Below are positions 40,303 through 48,492 of a stretch of 64,000 nt of DNA, in pieces. Source of the stretch: an uncultured delta proteobacterium (lineage in GTDB: Bacteria > Desulfobacterota > Binatia > JACPRU01). A program made the position numbers and the translations under genes. The notes beneath the pieces were generated by a model. That model worked only from the letters and a program-made list of their open reading frames with translations. It was not told the DNA's origin and did not search any database. The DNA lies in assembly GCA_963745025.1 (NCBI GenBank), contig CAVUWD010000013.1:320001-384000 (forward strand), read 5' to 3'. Position 1 is the first letter of the stretch. Each line of letters starts with the position of its first letter.

Positions 40303-41034
40303 TCATCGTTGCGACTTCCGCTTGCGGCGGGTCGCCTCCTTCGGCCGCCCCGCGAGGATGCCGCCGAGAAAGGTCGAGGCGATCCGCCGCGCGATCTCCT
40401 CGCCCGAGAGCTCTCCCGCAGGGTCGAACCACGCGTACATCCAGTTGAGCGCGCCGATGATCGCGAAGGCGATGATCCTGTCGTCGAGCGGCGCGAAGCG
40501 GCCCGACCGCACCCCTTCGCGAAGGATTCGCCGCCACAGCGCCGTGTAGGCGGCCTTTTTGCGCAGAATCTCGCGGAACGCCGCCGGCGACAGATGCCGC
40601 TCGAGCTTCTCGCGAACCAGGATCTCCATCCCGCTGCGGTAGCCGTCGAAGGCTCGCCCGAGCGCGACCATGGCGTCGGCGACCTTCTCGGCGGGCACCG
40701 CGGAGCCCTCGGCGATCGCGCGCAGCTCCTGGTACGGCTCGTCGACGAGCGGTCGCAGCACTGCGCGCAGCAGTTCCTGCTTCGAGGGGAAGAAGTAATA
40801 GAGGCTCGGCTTCTGGATGCCGACGGCGTCGGCGATGTCGTTCATCGACACGTTGGCGACGCCGGCATCGGCGAAGAGCGTCGTCGCGCGCGCGATGATC
40901 TCGCTCCGCCGGTCCGGGCGCGCGCGGCCGAGACGCCGGCGGTCCCGCGGAGGCTCCGTCGCCCGGGCCGCTTCGCGCACGAGGCTCGACGCCGGATCGG
41001 GAGATTCGAGGGTGCGTCGCTCGTCGGGGATCAT
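40303..41034 (-). CDS. TetR-family regulator (KstR2-like C-domain)
   Basis: SMNDIADAVGIQKPSLYYFFPSKQELL; IIGALNWMYAWFDPAG. Confidence 0.92.
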   Translation of the reverse strand: MIPDERRTLESPDPASSLVREAARATEPPRDRRRLGRARPDRRSEIIARATTLFADAGVANVSMNDIADAVGIQKPSLYYFFPSKQELLRAVLRPLVDEPYQELRAIAEGSAVPAEKVADAMVALGRAFDGYRSGMEILVREKLERHLSPAAFREILRKKAAYTALWRRILREGVRSGRFAPLDDRIIAFAIIGALNWMYAWFDPAGELSGEEIARRIASTFLGGILAGRPKEATRRKRKSQR

Positions 41035-41040
41035 GTCATC

Positions 41041-41079
41041 TATCTACCGGTAGGTAGATAACGGGAAGTGGCGTGTCAA
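41041..41079 (-). promoter_or_regulatory. Putative TetR operator palindrome plus TTGACA -35
   Basis: TATCTACC-GGTA-GGTAGATA at 41041-41060, 6 bp upstream of the tetR ATG; TTGACA on the minus strand at 41074-41079. Confidence 0.7.
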
Positions 41080-41090
41080 TCGCCAGAACC

Positions 41091-41193
41091 CGGAACGCAA
41101 AGACTGTCAGCCGTCGGCTATTGCCTTCCGCGCTTGCGCGCGGTGGGTGCCTGTTCTTGTCGACCCGAGCACGGCTCGACAAGAACAGGCACC
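41091..41193. repeat. Dispersed hairpin element, copy 3 (one full unit plus a stub)
   Basis: CTATTGCCTTCCGCGCTTGCGCGCGG leader, then an 18-bp perfect stem GGTGCCTGTTCTTGTCGA/TCGACAAGAACAGGCACC; stub CGGAACGCAA matches copy 2. Confidence 0.85.
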
Positions 41194-41355
41194 GCTACTC
41201 TCGTTGTGTTTCTCGAGCCTTGCTACGGAAACCGACGCCTTACCCGAAAGGAACGGGCAAGTGGGAGGAGGCTCATCGGCTCGGTCCCCAAACGCTTGAC
41301 GGCGGCCGAGCCGTGGAGCATCGCTCTTGTGGCATTCGCCAGGAGGGCCGCGGAG

Positions 41356-42177
41356 ATGGAATCCACCGCTGCAGTCGCCGGTCACTACGGAAAGGAAGGG
41401 CTCCTCGAATCGATCCTCGAGGCGCTCGACGGCGCCGGCAAGGATGTCGATCGGCTCACCGCCGACGACCTCACGCCCGTCGATCAGTTCCATCTTCGCG
41501 GACGCGACGCAACGCTCGAGCTAGCCCGACTCGCCGGGCTCGGGCGCGGGGAACGTGTGCTCGACGTCGGCGGCGGTATCGGCGGACCCGCACGGACGCT
41601 CGCGGCTGCGGGTTCCGCCGTGACCGTGCTCGATCTGACGGAGGAGTTCTGTCGCACAGGAGCCGCGCTCACCGAGCGGGTCGGGCTCGCGGGCAGCGTC
41701 GCGTTCCGCCACGGGAGCGCGCTGGCGATGCCGTTCGAGGACGCCGCGTTCGACGTCGCATGGACGCAGCACAGCTCGATGAACATCGAGGACAAGGAGC
41801 GCCTCTACGCCGAGATCGCGCGCGTGGTGCGGTCGGGCGGGCGGTTGGCGATTCACGAGATCATGGCCGGCCCGGAAGCGCCGCCGTATTTCCCGGTGCC
41901 GTGGGCACCGGTGCCGGCGATCAGCTTTCTCCGGCCGCCGGAGGCGGTTCGCAGGCTGGTCCAAGCGAGCGGCTTTCGCGAGCGCGCCTGGCGCGACGTC
42001 TCCGAAGCGTCGCTCGCCTGGCTCCGCGAGCGGCTCGCGGCTCCGGCTCCGCCCCTCGGTCTCCATCTCCTTCTCGGGGCGGCGGCCGGAGAGATGCTGC
42101 GGAACGTGGCGCGGAATATCGACGAGCGCCGAATCACGGTCATCGAAGGCGTGTTCGAGCGAGAGAAGACATCATGA
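41356..42177 (+). CDS. Class I SAM-dependent methyltransferase
   Basis: DQFHLRG, VLDVGGGIGGPAR, MPFEDAAFDVAW, FPVPWA. Confidence 0.9.
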   Translation: MESTAAVAGHYGKEGLLESILEALDGAGKDVDRLTADDLTPVDQFHLRGRDATLELARLAGLGRGERVLDVGGGIGGPARTLAAAGSAVTVLDLTEEFCRTGAALTERVGLAGSVAFRHGSALAMPFEDAAFDVAWTQHSSMNIEDKERLYAEIARVVRSGGRLAIHEIMAGPEAPPYFPVPWAPVPAISFLRPPEAVRRLVQASGFRERAWRDVSEASLAWLRERLAAPAPPLGLHLLLGAAAGEMLRNVARNIDERRITVIEGVFEREKTS

Positions 42178-42650
42178 GCAACGGCGACCTCGAGCGACGG
42201 ATCCGGCGCCTCGAAGACCTCGAGGCCATTCGCGACCTCAAGTACCGCTACAGCACCTATTGCGACGACGGCTACGACGCCGACCGCCTCGCGCCGCTCT
42301 TCACCGAGGACGCGGTCTGGGACGGGGGTGTCCTCGGTCGTTTCGTGGGACGTGAGGCGATTCGGAAGTTCTTCGAGCAGTGCTCGAAGATCGTCCCGTT
42401 CGCGATCCATCAGGTCACGAACCCCATCCTCGAGGTCGACGGCGACCGTGCGACCGGCCGCTGGTATCTCTGGGAGCCGATCGTCTTCGCGAGCGGGAAC
42501 CGCGGCCTGTGGATGGCGGCCCGCTACGACGACCGCTATCGGCGCGAGCGCGGCGGGTGGTCGTTCGAGAGCGTGACGGTCGACCTGCGAATGCTCTCGC
42601 CTTACGAAGAAGGGTTTGCCAAGGTGCGGATCGCCGAGATTCCGCGCTGA
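42174..42650 (+). CDS. NTF2/SnoaL-like protein (BaiE/LinA-like fold)
   Basis: [42 protein letters not shown]; ATGA overlap with the upstream gene. Confidence 0.88.
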   Translation: MSNGDLERRIRRLEDLEAIRDLKYRYSTYCDDGYDADRLAPLFTEDAVWDGGVLGRFVGREAIRKFFEQCSKIVPFAIHQVTNPILEVDGDRATGRWYLWEPIVFASGNRGLWMAARYDDRYRRERGGWSFESVTVDLRMLSPYEEGFAKVRIAEIPR

Positions 42651-42679
42651 CGAAGCACGATCCTCCGTCGCCCGCGCCG

Positions 42680-42865
42680 GGTGCCACGTCGAGACGGCAC
42701 CGCGCCCGTCGTCGCCGTGACACGCGGCACAAGGGGTCATGAACAAATTCTTCTCCACTGTGTGTACGCGGCTTTGTCGCTTTCCGCGCGTAGCGGCGCG
42801 CCGCAGAGGAGGGCGACTCCGATCGCTCCGAGAGCAACACGACGCAGTTTCACGTTCTTCGGCAT
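42680..42865 (-). pseudogene. Degraded monoheme cytochrome c gene
   Basis: Signal peptide MPKNVKLRRVALGAIGVALLCGAPLRA; after frame changes, FMTPCAACHGDDGRG (CAACH at 42717-42731); no C-terminal half. Confidence 0.6.
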
Positions 42866-42911
42866 CGACCCCCTTCTCGAGAAGCGGGAGCCGAAGTTCA
42901 CCGGGCATTGA
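42858..42911 (+). pseudogene. Possible C-terminal scrap of an enoyl-CoA hydratase
   Basis: FGIDPLLEKREPKFTGH* resembles the crotonase ending FLEKRxPxFxG. Confidence 0.4.
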
Positions 42912-42924
42912 TCGGCCGACTGAC

Positions 42925-44112
42925 TCACTGGCGAAGCAACCGGGGGCCGAGGAAGCCGAGCCATGTGGCCGACCCGAGAATCCAGCAGGCAGCGGCCCAG
43001 CCGAGGTGGTCGAAGTAGGTGTGGCTCAAGTCGGCGGCGACGCGCGCGGCGAGCGCGAGGGCGAAGCAGACGCCGAGCACCGCGACCGCCGGCGGGCGGC
43101 CGGCGGCGAGCCGCTCGAGACCGAGGTGGGCGAGTGAGACGTGCGTGGCGACGGCGAACGCCAGCAGACCGAAGCCGCCGATGAAGAGGATGTGTAGCGC
43201 GGCGACACGATAGTCGGGAAAGAGACCCGACGCGGCGAGCCCGATCGGCATCATCCAGACCGACGCCCACGCGAGCCGGCGGTGGAGGCCGGGCTTTCGC
43301 GGCGGCCGCCACGCGCCGGCCAAGCTGATTCCCAGCGCGCCGACCAAGGCGCGCAAGAGCGGCGCGCTGCGGCTCCATCCTGCCCCTTCGAGGACGAGGG
43401 TCGCGAGGAACGCGAAGCCGACAGCGGCGTACCCGAGAGCCTTCGCGCTCTCACGCGGCGACGAGCCCAGGTCCACGGGCGGCGGCGCGCCGCTCATCAG
43501 CGGCAGGATGAGGCTGCCGACTCCGACCGTGAAACAGAGAAAAACGCCCTGCTGTACGAAGAGCGGTCCCAATCGCAGCGTCCACGGTAGCACGTGGAGC
43601 GCCGGCGCCGCGGCGACCAGCGCTGCCCCCAAGAGACCATGCAGCACGCCGATCGGGATCAACACGAAGGCGGCGGGCGGGCGCCTGCCCGCCGAGCGAC
43701 GGGAGAAGCGCCGCAGGGCGAACTGGAGGAGTAGCGCGAACAGCGCCACGTAGGCCGCCTGCGCGGCGATCCAGTGCCCGGACGCCAGCAGAGCGGCGTC
43801 GAGGATCAAGGCGATCGCCGCGCCCGCCATCTCGAGACTCGACGGCGGAGGGCCCTGCGTGCGGCGGGGCAGCGCGGTGAACAGGAATCCGACCGCGAAC
43901 GCCATCAGGAACGCCTCGACCTGTACGAGGCCATGGAGCTGGCAGGAGTAGCTCCCAGTCAGGCCGGTCGCGTAGAGGAGCCAGTGGCTGATGCCTACCC
44001 ACGCGAGCACTACGCCGAGCGGGAAGAAGATGCGGAACGGCTCGCGCCGCCAGCGACCCGCGTCGTCCGGGTCGCGGAACGGGTCTTTGGTCTCGGCCGC
44101 GCGCTCGTTCAT
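42925..44112 (-). CDS. NnrS family membrane protein
   Basis: EPFRIFFPLG, HGLVQVEAF..GFLFTALPR, LHILFIGG, ATHVSLAH; many TM segments. Confidence 0.85.
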   Translation of the reverse strand: MNERAAETKDPFRDPDDAGRWRREPFRIFFPLGVVLAWVGISHWLLYATGLTGSYSCQLHGLVQVEAFLMAFAVGFLFTALPRRTQGPPPSSLEMAGAAIALILDAALLASGHWIAAQAAYVALFALLLQFALRRFSRRSAGRRPPAAFVLIPIGVLHGLLGAALVAAAPALHVLPWTLRLGPLFVQQGVFLCFTVGVGSLILPLMSGAPPPVDLGSSPRESAKALGYAAVGFAFLATLVLEGAGWSRSAPLLRALVGALGISLAGAWRPPRKPGLHRRLAWASVWMMPIGLAASGLFPDYRVAALHILFIGGFGLLAFAVATHVSLAHLGLERLAAGRPPAVAVLGVCFALALAARVAADLSHTYFDHLGWAAACWILGSATWLGFLGPRLLRQ

Positions 44113-44278
44113 CGAGCGCGCCCGACCGCCGCACCGGCGAAACGATTTTCAGGCGCTTGCTTCATCGAGCGGATCTTCGCGCAGAGCGGCTACGTGGAGA
44201 TCGTCACCATGCCGGCGACGCGGATCGAGGACTTCATGAAGACGGTCGCGGAAGTGCCCCGGCCGTGACGATCGGAGC

Positions 44279-44800
44279 TCAGCGGAGCTCGATCCGCAGC
44301 GGCACCGCGCGGCTCAACGTGTGGCCGACGGGGGAGGAGCCGACGACTTTCTCATGGAGCAGCTTCCGCTGCTCCGGGCTCGCGTCGGACTCCAGATGCA
44401 CCGTAGCCCGGATCGATTCGTAGCCGGCGTTCCCGCCGCGCAGGCCGAGAAACGCATGCAAGTCGATCTCGCCTTCGAGCTCGATGCGGAGTGAGCGGAT
44501 CCGAACGCCCGCGACGGAGGCGTTGGCCGCGTATCCCACGGCGAGGCAGTTGCCGAGCGCGGCGAGGAGCTGCTCGACGGGGTTCGGCGCGGTGTTGCTG
44601 CCGCCCAGAGCGAACGGCTCGTCGGAGGGCACCGGGCCGAGATCGCGGCTGCGAGCCTCCGAGCGGAGGGCGCCCGTCCAGCGCACGTCTACTTTCCATT
44701 GAGTCTTTGCAGCTTCCGGCTCGCGCCGGATCTTCTCGATCAAGGCGCCCATGGCCTCGAGGTTTACGTCGTTGAGCTGGTGGCTCTTGCTCTCCGTCAT
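44279..44800 (-). CDS. OsmC family protein
   Basis: SDEPFALGGSNTAPNPVEQLLAALGNC, GEIDLHAFLG, SSPVGHTL. Confidence 0.88.
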   Translation of the reverse strand: MTESKSHQLNDVNLEAMGALIEKIRREPEAAKTQWKVDVRWTGALRSEARSRDLGPVPSDEPFALGGSNTAPNPVEQLLAALGNCLAVGYAANASVAGVRIRSLRIELEGEIDLHAFLGLRGGNAGYESIRATVHLESDASPEQRKLLHEKVVGSSPVGHTLSRAVPLRIELR

Positions 44801-44980
44801 GCGATTCCTCCCGGTGAGATCTCGTGTGACCTACCACGCGGACGAGCTCGAAGACACTACGTCTTGCTCCGGCGACAGCGCTTCCACGGATTGCGGCATG
44901 GTGCTTCGCTCTCGTGCGAGCGCACGAGGAAAGACGAAGGCCCTGGCGGACGGGGCGCAGATCGTCCGCGCGGAGCTATC

Positions 44981-45150
44981 AAGGTAGCGCTTACGGCAGC
45001 GCTCTCGCGACCAACGGGAGCGACAGGTGACTCGAAGGTAGCGCTTACGACAGAGCTCTCGCGACCATCGGGAGCGACAGATGACTCGATTTGAGGTAGC
45101 GCTTATCGCAGCGCTCTCGCGTTCAACGGGAGCGACACACGACGCGATCT
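44981..45150. repeat. Three tandem 54-58 bp GTAG-led palindromic repeats (REP-like)
   Basis: Units start at 44981, 45035 and 45093: AGGTAGCGCTTA...GCTCTCGCG..A.CGGGAGCGACA. Confidence 0.85.
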
Positions 45151-45174
45151 GCGACGCACCCACCCAGCGGCCGG

Positions 45175-45591
45175 TCAGGCGGTCTTCGGCTTTACGGGCT
45201 TCTCGTACGGCTTGACCGGTCCCCCGGCCTGCTTCCACGCGCCAAAGCCGCCGGCGATGTGAGCAACCGGCTCCAGGCCCATGCGCTGGACCTGCTGGGT
45301 GGCGAGCGCCGAGCGCAGACCGCCGGCGCAGAAGAAGACGAACTTGTTACCGGTGGCGAAGACCGGCTTGAAGTAAGGGCTCTCGGGATCGACCCAGAAC
45401 TCGAGCATGCCCCGCGGCGCGTGGAAGGCCCCGGGAATCACCCCTTCGCGCTCGAGCTCGCGAATGTCGCGCAGATCGACGAGGGTCACCTTCGGGTCGG
45501 CGGCGACGGCCTTTGCCTGTTCGACCGTCAAGGTCTCGATCTCCGCCTCCGCCTCGGCGACCAGCTGCTTGATTCCCTTCTTCATCGGCAT
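45175..45591 (-). CDS. Rhodanese-like single-domain protein
   Basis: LVDLRDIRE, IPGAFHAPRGMLEFWVD, FCAGGLRS, GGFGAW. Confidence 0.92.
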   Translation of the reverse strand: MPMKKGIKQLVAEAEAEIETLTVEQAKAVAADPKVTLVDLRDIRELEREGVIPGAFHAPRGMLEFWVDPESPYFKPVFATGNKFVFFCAGGLRSALATQQVQRMGLEPVAHIAGGFGAWKQAGGPVKPYEKPVKPKTA

Positions 45592-45608
45592 GGCGAGTAT
45601 CTAGCATC

Positions 45609-45674
45609 GGCTACGGGCTACAGGCTACGGGAAAAGACTCCTTGCGCCTTTCCCATACCCCGTAGCCCGTAGCC
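45609..45674. repeat. Inverted heptamer (GGCTACR) repeat hairpin
   Basis: GGCTACG-GGCTACA-GGCTACG-GGAAAAG ... CTTTCCCATACCCCGTAGCCCGTAGCC. Confidence 0.75.
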
Positions 45675-45676
45675 TC

Positions 45677-46345
45677 CTACCGTTTGCCGAGCGGCGGCCC
45701 GGTGTAAGCATCCACCGTCGCGAATTCCTCCACTCTTTTCCGCTTGAGCCGGGTCAGCTGCTTGACCGGCTTGCCGATCGGCAGCAGCGCCGAGACCGCG
45801 TAGTGATCCGGCAGCGCGAAGATCCGCCGCACCTCCGTTTCGGCGGGCGCCACGAACGTCGTGAGCGTTCCGCCGAGCCCTTCGTTGCGCGCCGCGAGCA
45901 GGATGTTCCAGACGAACGGATAGATCGACGCTCCCGAGATCACGCCAACCCGCGGCAGCGAGGAATCGAACGACGCCACGACCCGGAGATCGACGGCGAC
46001 GAGCAGCAGCACGGGCGCGCGGACGATGCGTTCGATCATGGCGGGTGGAAGCGGCGTCGCCGCGATCGCCGCGGCATCGACCTTCGTCGGCACGACCGTA
46101 TTCCAGGGGTTTTCACCCGCCATCACCTGTGCGACGTAGCGCTGCATCGTCGGCCGGATGAGGTCGATGAGCGCCATCCGCTTGGCCGTGTCGCGGATCA
46201 CGATCACTCGCCATCCCTGCCGGTTGCCGCCGCTCGGCCCGAAGCGGGCATTGTCGAGGATGCGGTAGAGGGTGGCTTCATCGACGGGGTCGGCGGTGAA
46301 CTCACGGGCTGCGAAGGTGGTGCGCATGGCGTCGTAAACGTCCAT
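45677..46345 (-). CDS. Nitroreductase family protein
   Basis: REFTADPV, ARFGPSGGNRQGW, GASIYPFVWNILLAARNEGLGG. Confidence 0.92.
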   Translation of the reverse strand: MDVYDAMRTTFAAREFTADPVDEATLYRILDNARFGPSGGNRQGWRVIVIRDTAKRMALIDLIRPTMQRYVAQVMAGENPWNTVVPTKVDAAAIAATPLPPAMIERIVRAPVLLLVAVDLRVVASFDSSLPRVGVISGASIYPFVWNILLAARNEGLGGTLTTFVAPAETEVRRIFALPDHYAVSALLPIGKPVKQLTRLKRKRVEEFATVDAYTGPPLGKR

Positions 46346-46546
46346 AGCTCGTTCCTCTCCCGGCGCCGCTGCTTCGGGGACGACCCGCCGGCCGGAGCTG
46401 CCTGCGCAGGTCGGTAGAACGGATCGGCTCAGGGATCAAGGCTCAGCACCGCGGACCCGGAAGGTCGAACGGGGTAGACGATGGGAGAGCTCCTCTTGTG
46501 CGAGCCGGATGGCCTGTGTCATCTCGGCCGAGCCGGTCCGATCGCC

Positions 46547-46759
46547 ATGAACGATATCGAAGGGCTTCGCCGCATCCTGAAGGAGAATCGCACGATCGCC
46601 ATGGTCGGGCTTTCCGCCCGGTGGTTTCGACCGAGCTTTTTCGCCGCGGCGGTCGCTCCCGACATGATCCGTTTCTCGATCGGTCTCGAAACGCTCGACG
46701 ACACCCTCCGGGACATCCTCCGGAACATCGGCCACGCGCTCGAGGAGTCGCAGAGATGA
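46547..46759 (+). pseudogene. Deletion chimera: CoA-binding (YccU-like) N-terminus fused to O-acetylhomoserine sulfhydrylase (MetY) C-terminus
   Basis: MNDIEGLRRILKENRTIAMVGLSARWFRPSFFAA | AVAPDMIRFSIGLETLDD..IGHALEESQR. Confidence 0.8.
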
Positions 46760-48009
46760 AGCCCGGCGCGGACATGCGCCGCGACGGGCGGGGGGGTTCG
46801 GGGGCCATCGGAGGACGCGCAGGCGGCGAAGCCGCCGAGCACCGGACGGGGCCCCCGAGTCGAGAAGCCGACGAATCCGGCGAGGCCCCCGTCGTCATCA
46901 TCGAGGAAGGCTCGGTCGGCATCGTCGCGACGCGATCGCTCACCTTCGACGACGGCCTTCCCCTCGATGAGGGCGGGCACCTCCGGCCGATCACCGTGGC
47001 CTACGAGACGTACGGTGAGCTCAACGCCGCGGCCGACAACGCGATCCTCGTCGAGCACGCGCTGACCGCGAGCGCGCACGCGGCCGGGCGCCACAATGCG
47101 GACGACCGTGCGCCCGGCTGGTGGGACGTCATGATCGGCCGGGGACGGGCCTTCGACACCACGAAGCATTTCGTGGTCTCCTCGAACCTGCTCGGCAGCT
47201 GCTACGGGACGACGGGACCGTCGTCGACGAACCCGCAGACCGGAAGGCCGTACGCGCTCGCGTTTCCGCGCGTCACCGTCGGCGACATGGTTCGGGTGCA
47301 GCGCGAGCTCGTCCGGAGGCTCGGCATCCGGCGTCTTCGGACGGTCGTCGGCGGCTCGATGGGCGGCATGCAGGCGATCGAGTGGGCGCTTCGCTACCCC
47401 GACCTCGTCGACTCGATGATCCTCGTCGCCTCCGCGGCGCGCGCGACGCCGCAATCGATCGCGATCCACAAGGTCGGGATCGAAGCGATCCTCGGCGACC
47501 CGAATTTTCGCGGCGGCGATTACTACGGGGAGGAGCCGCCGCGTCACGGTCTGGCGATCGCACGCATGCTCGGCCACATCACGTATCTGAGCGACCCATG
47601 GCTCTGGGAAAAGTTTGGGCGACGGCGCGCGGCGGCGGACAACGCCGGCTTACGGACGCTCTTCGAAGTCGAGCGCTACCTCGAGCATCAGGGGCAGAAG
47701 TTCGTCGAGCGATTCGACGCCAACAGCTACCTCTATCTGCTGCGGGCGATCGACCTCTACGACGCCGGGGAACGGTACGCGAGCCTCGCCGATTCGTTCC
47801 GCAGGATGCGCTGCCGCAAGGCCCTCGTCGTGTCGTTCTCGAGCGATTGGCTCTACCCGACGTACCAGTCGCGGGAGCTCGTCGACGCTCTGCGCGCGAA
47901 CCGAATCGACGTCCGGAGCCACGAGATCGAATCGGGCTACGGTCACGACTCGTTCCTCCTCGAGCACCGTAAGCTGACGCCGCTCTTTCGCGAGCTGCTC
48001 GAAGGGTAG
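46756..48009 (+). CDS. metX: Homoserine O-acetyltransferase
   Basis: AYETYGELN, HALT, GWWDVMIG, GGSMGGMQA, RFDANSY, GHDSFLLE; ATGA overlap with the MetY remnant. Confidence 0.92.
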   Translation: MKPGADMRRDGRGGSGAIGGRAGGEAAEHRTGPPSREADESGEAPVVIIEEGSVGIVATRSLTFDDGLPLDEGGHLRPITVAYETYGELNAAADNAILVEHALTASAHAAGRHNADDRAPGWWDVMIGRGRAFDTTKHFVVSSNLLGSCYGTTGPSSTNPQTGRPYALAFPRVTVGDMVRVQRELVRRLGIRRLRTVVGGSMGGMQAIEWALRYPDLVDSMILVASAARATPQSIAIHKVGIEAILGDPNFRGGDYYGEEPPRHGLAIARMLGHITYLSDPWLWEKFGRRRAAADNAGLRTLFEVERYLEHQGQKFVERFDANSYLYLLRAIDLYDAGERYASLADSFRRMRCRKALVVSFSSDWLYPTYQSRELVDALRANRIDVRSHEIESGYGHDSFLLEHRKLTPLFRELLEG

Positions 48010-48049
48010 CGGAGGCTGCGACCTGCTCGAAACCGGCGAGCGCCCCCCT

Positions 48050-48260
48050 GAGTGCCCGCTTCCGGGGGCTTACGAAGGGCGACCGCGTAGAGTAGAACGT
48101 GCGTGTCAACGAAGCGCACGACCCCGATGCAGGAACTCGCGGTTCAATCGATCCCCGGCGCGAGAGCGCCGGATCGAGGCCAAGGTCTGCTCCTGCACGC
48201 GCTTTCGCCGCTCGACTTCACCACGCATCAGCCGCGAGCAGGCTGCGCGACTGATCGAGT
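48050..48260 (-). pseudogene. Decayed VapBC toxin-antitoxin pair
   Basis: Antitoxin-like tail EVERRKRVQEQTLASIRRSRAGDRLNREFLHRGRALR* (stop at 48106) overlaps GTG at 48119 giving MRFVDTHVLLYAV (PIN start), which then degenerates. Confidence 0.65.
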
Positions 48261-48492
48261 GACGGCCTTCGCTTCGTGCCGAATCCGGCGTCGACCGATC
48301 TCGAAGTCGCAAAGCTCCTCGCATCGATCTTGCGACGGATCACGCAAGCGCCATGGGATCGTGCTCCCGTTGCAACTCCCGTGTCGTAAGCTCGGGTCGA
48401 ATTTGATATTCGAACTCCCCTTGCCTATGGTTCGTGCCGCCGTCGTCGTTCCGACCGCGGATCCCCATCCATAAGCAAGGGCGGAATTCGTC

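Noticed and set aside
44981-45150. Possible mini CRISPR array
   Set aside because: Units are similar along their whole length with no unique spacers, and there are no cas genes in the window.
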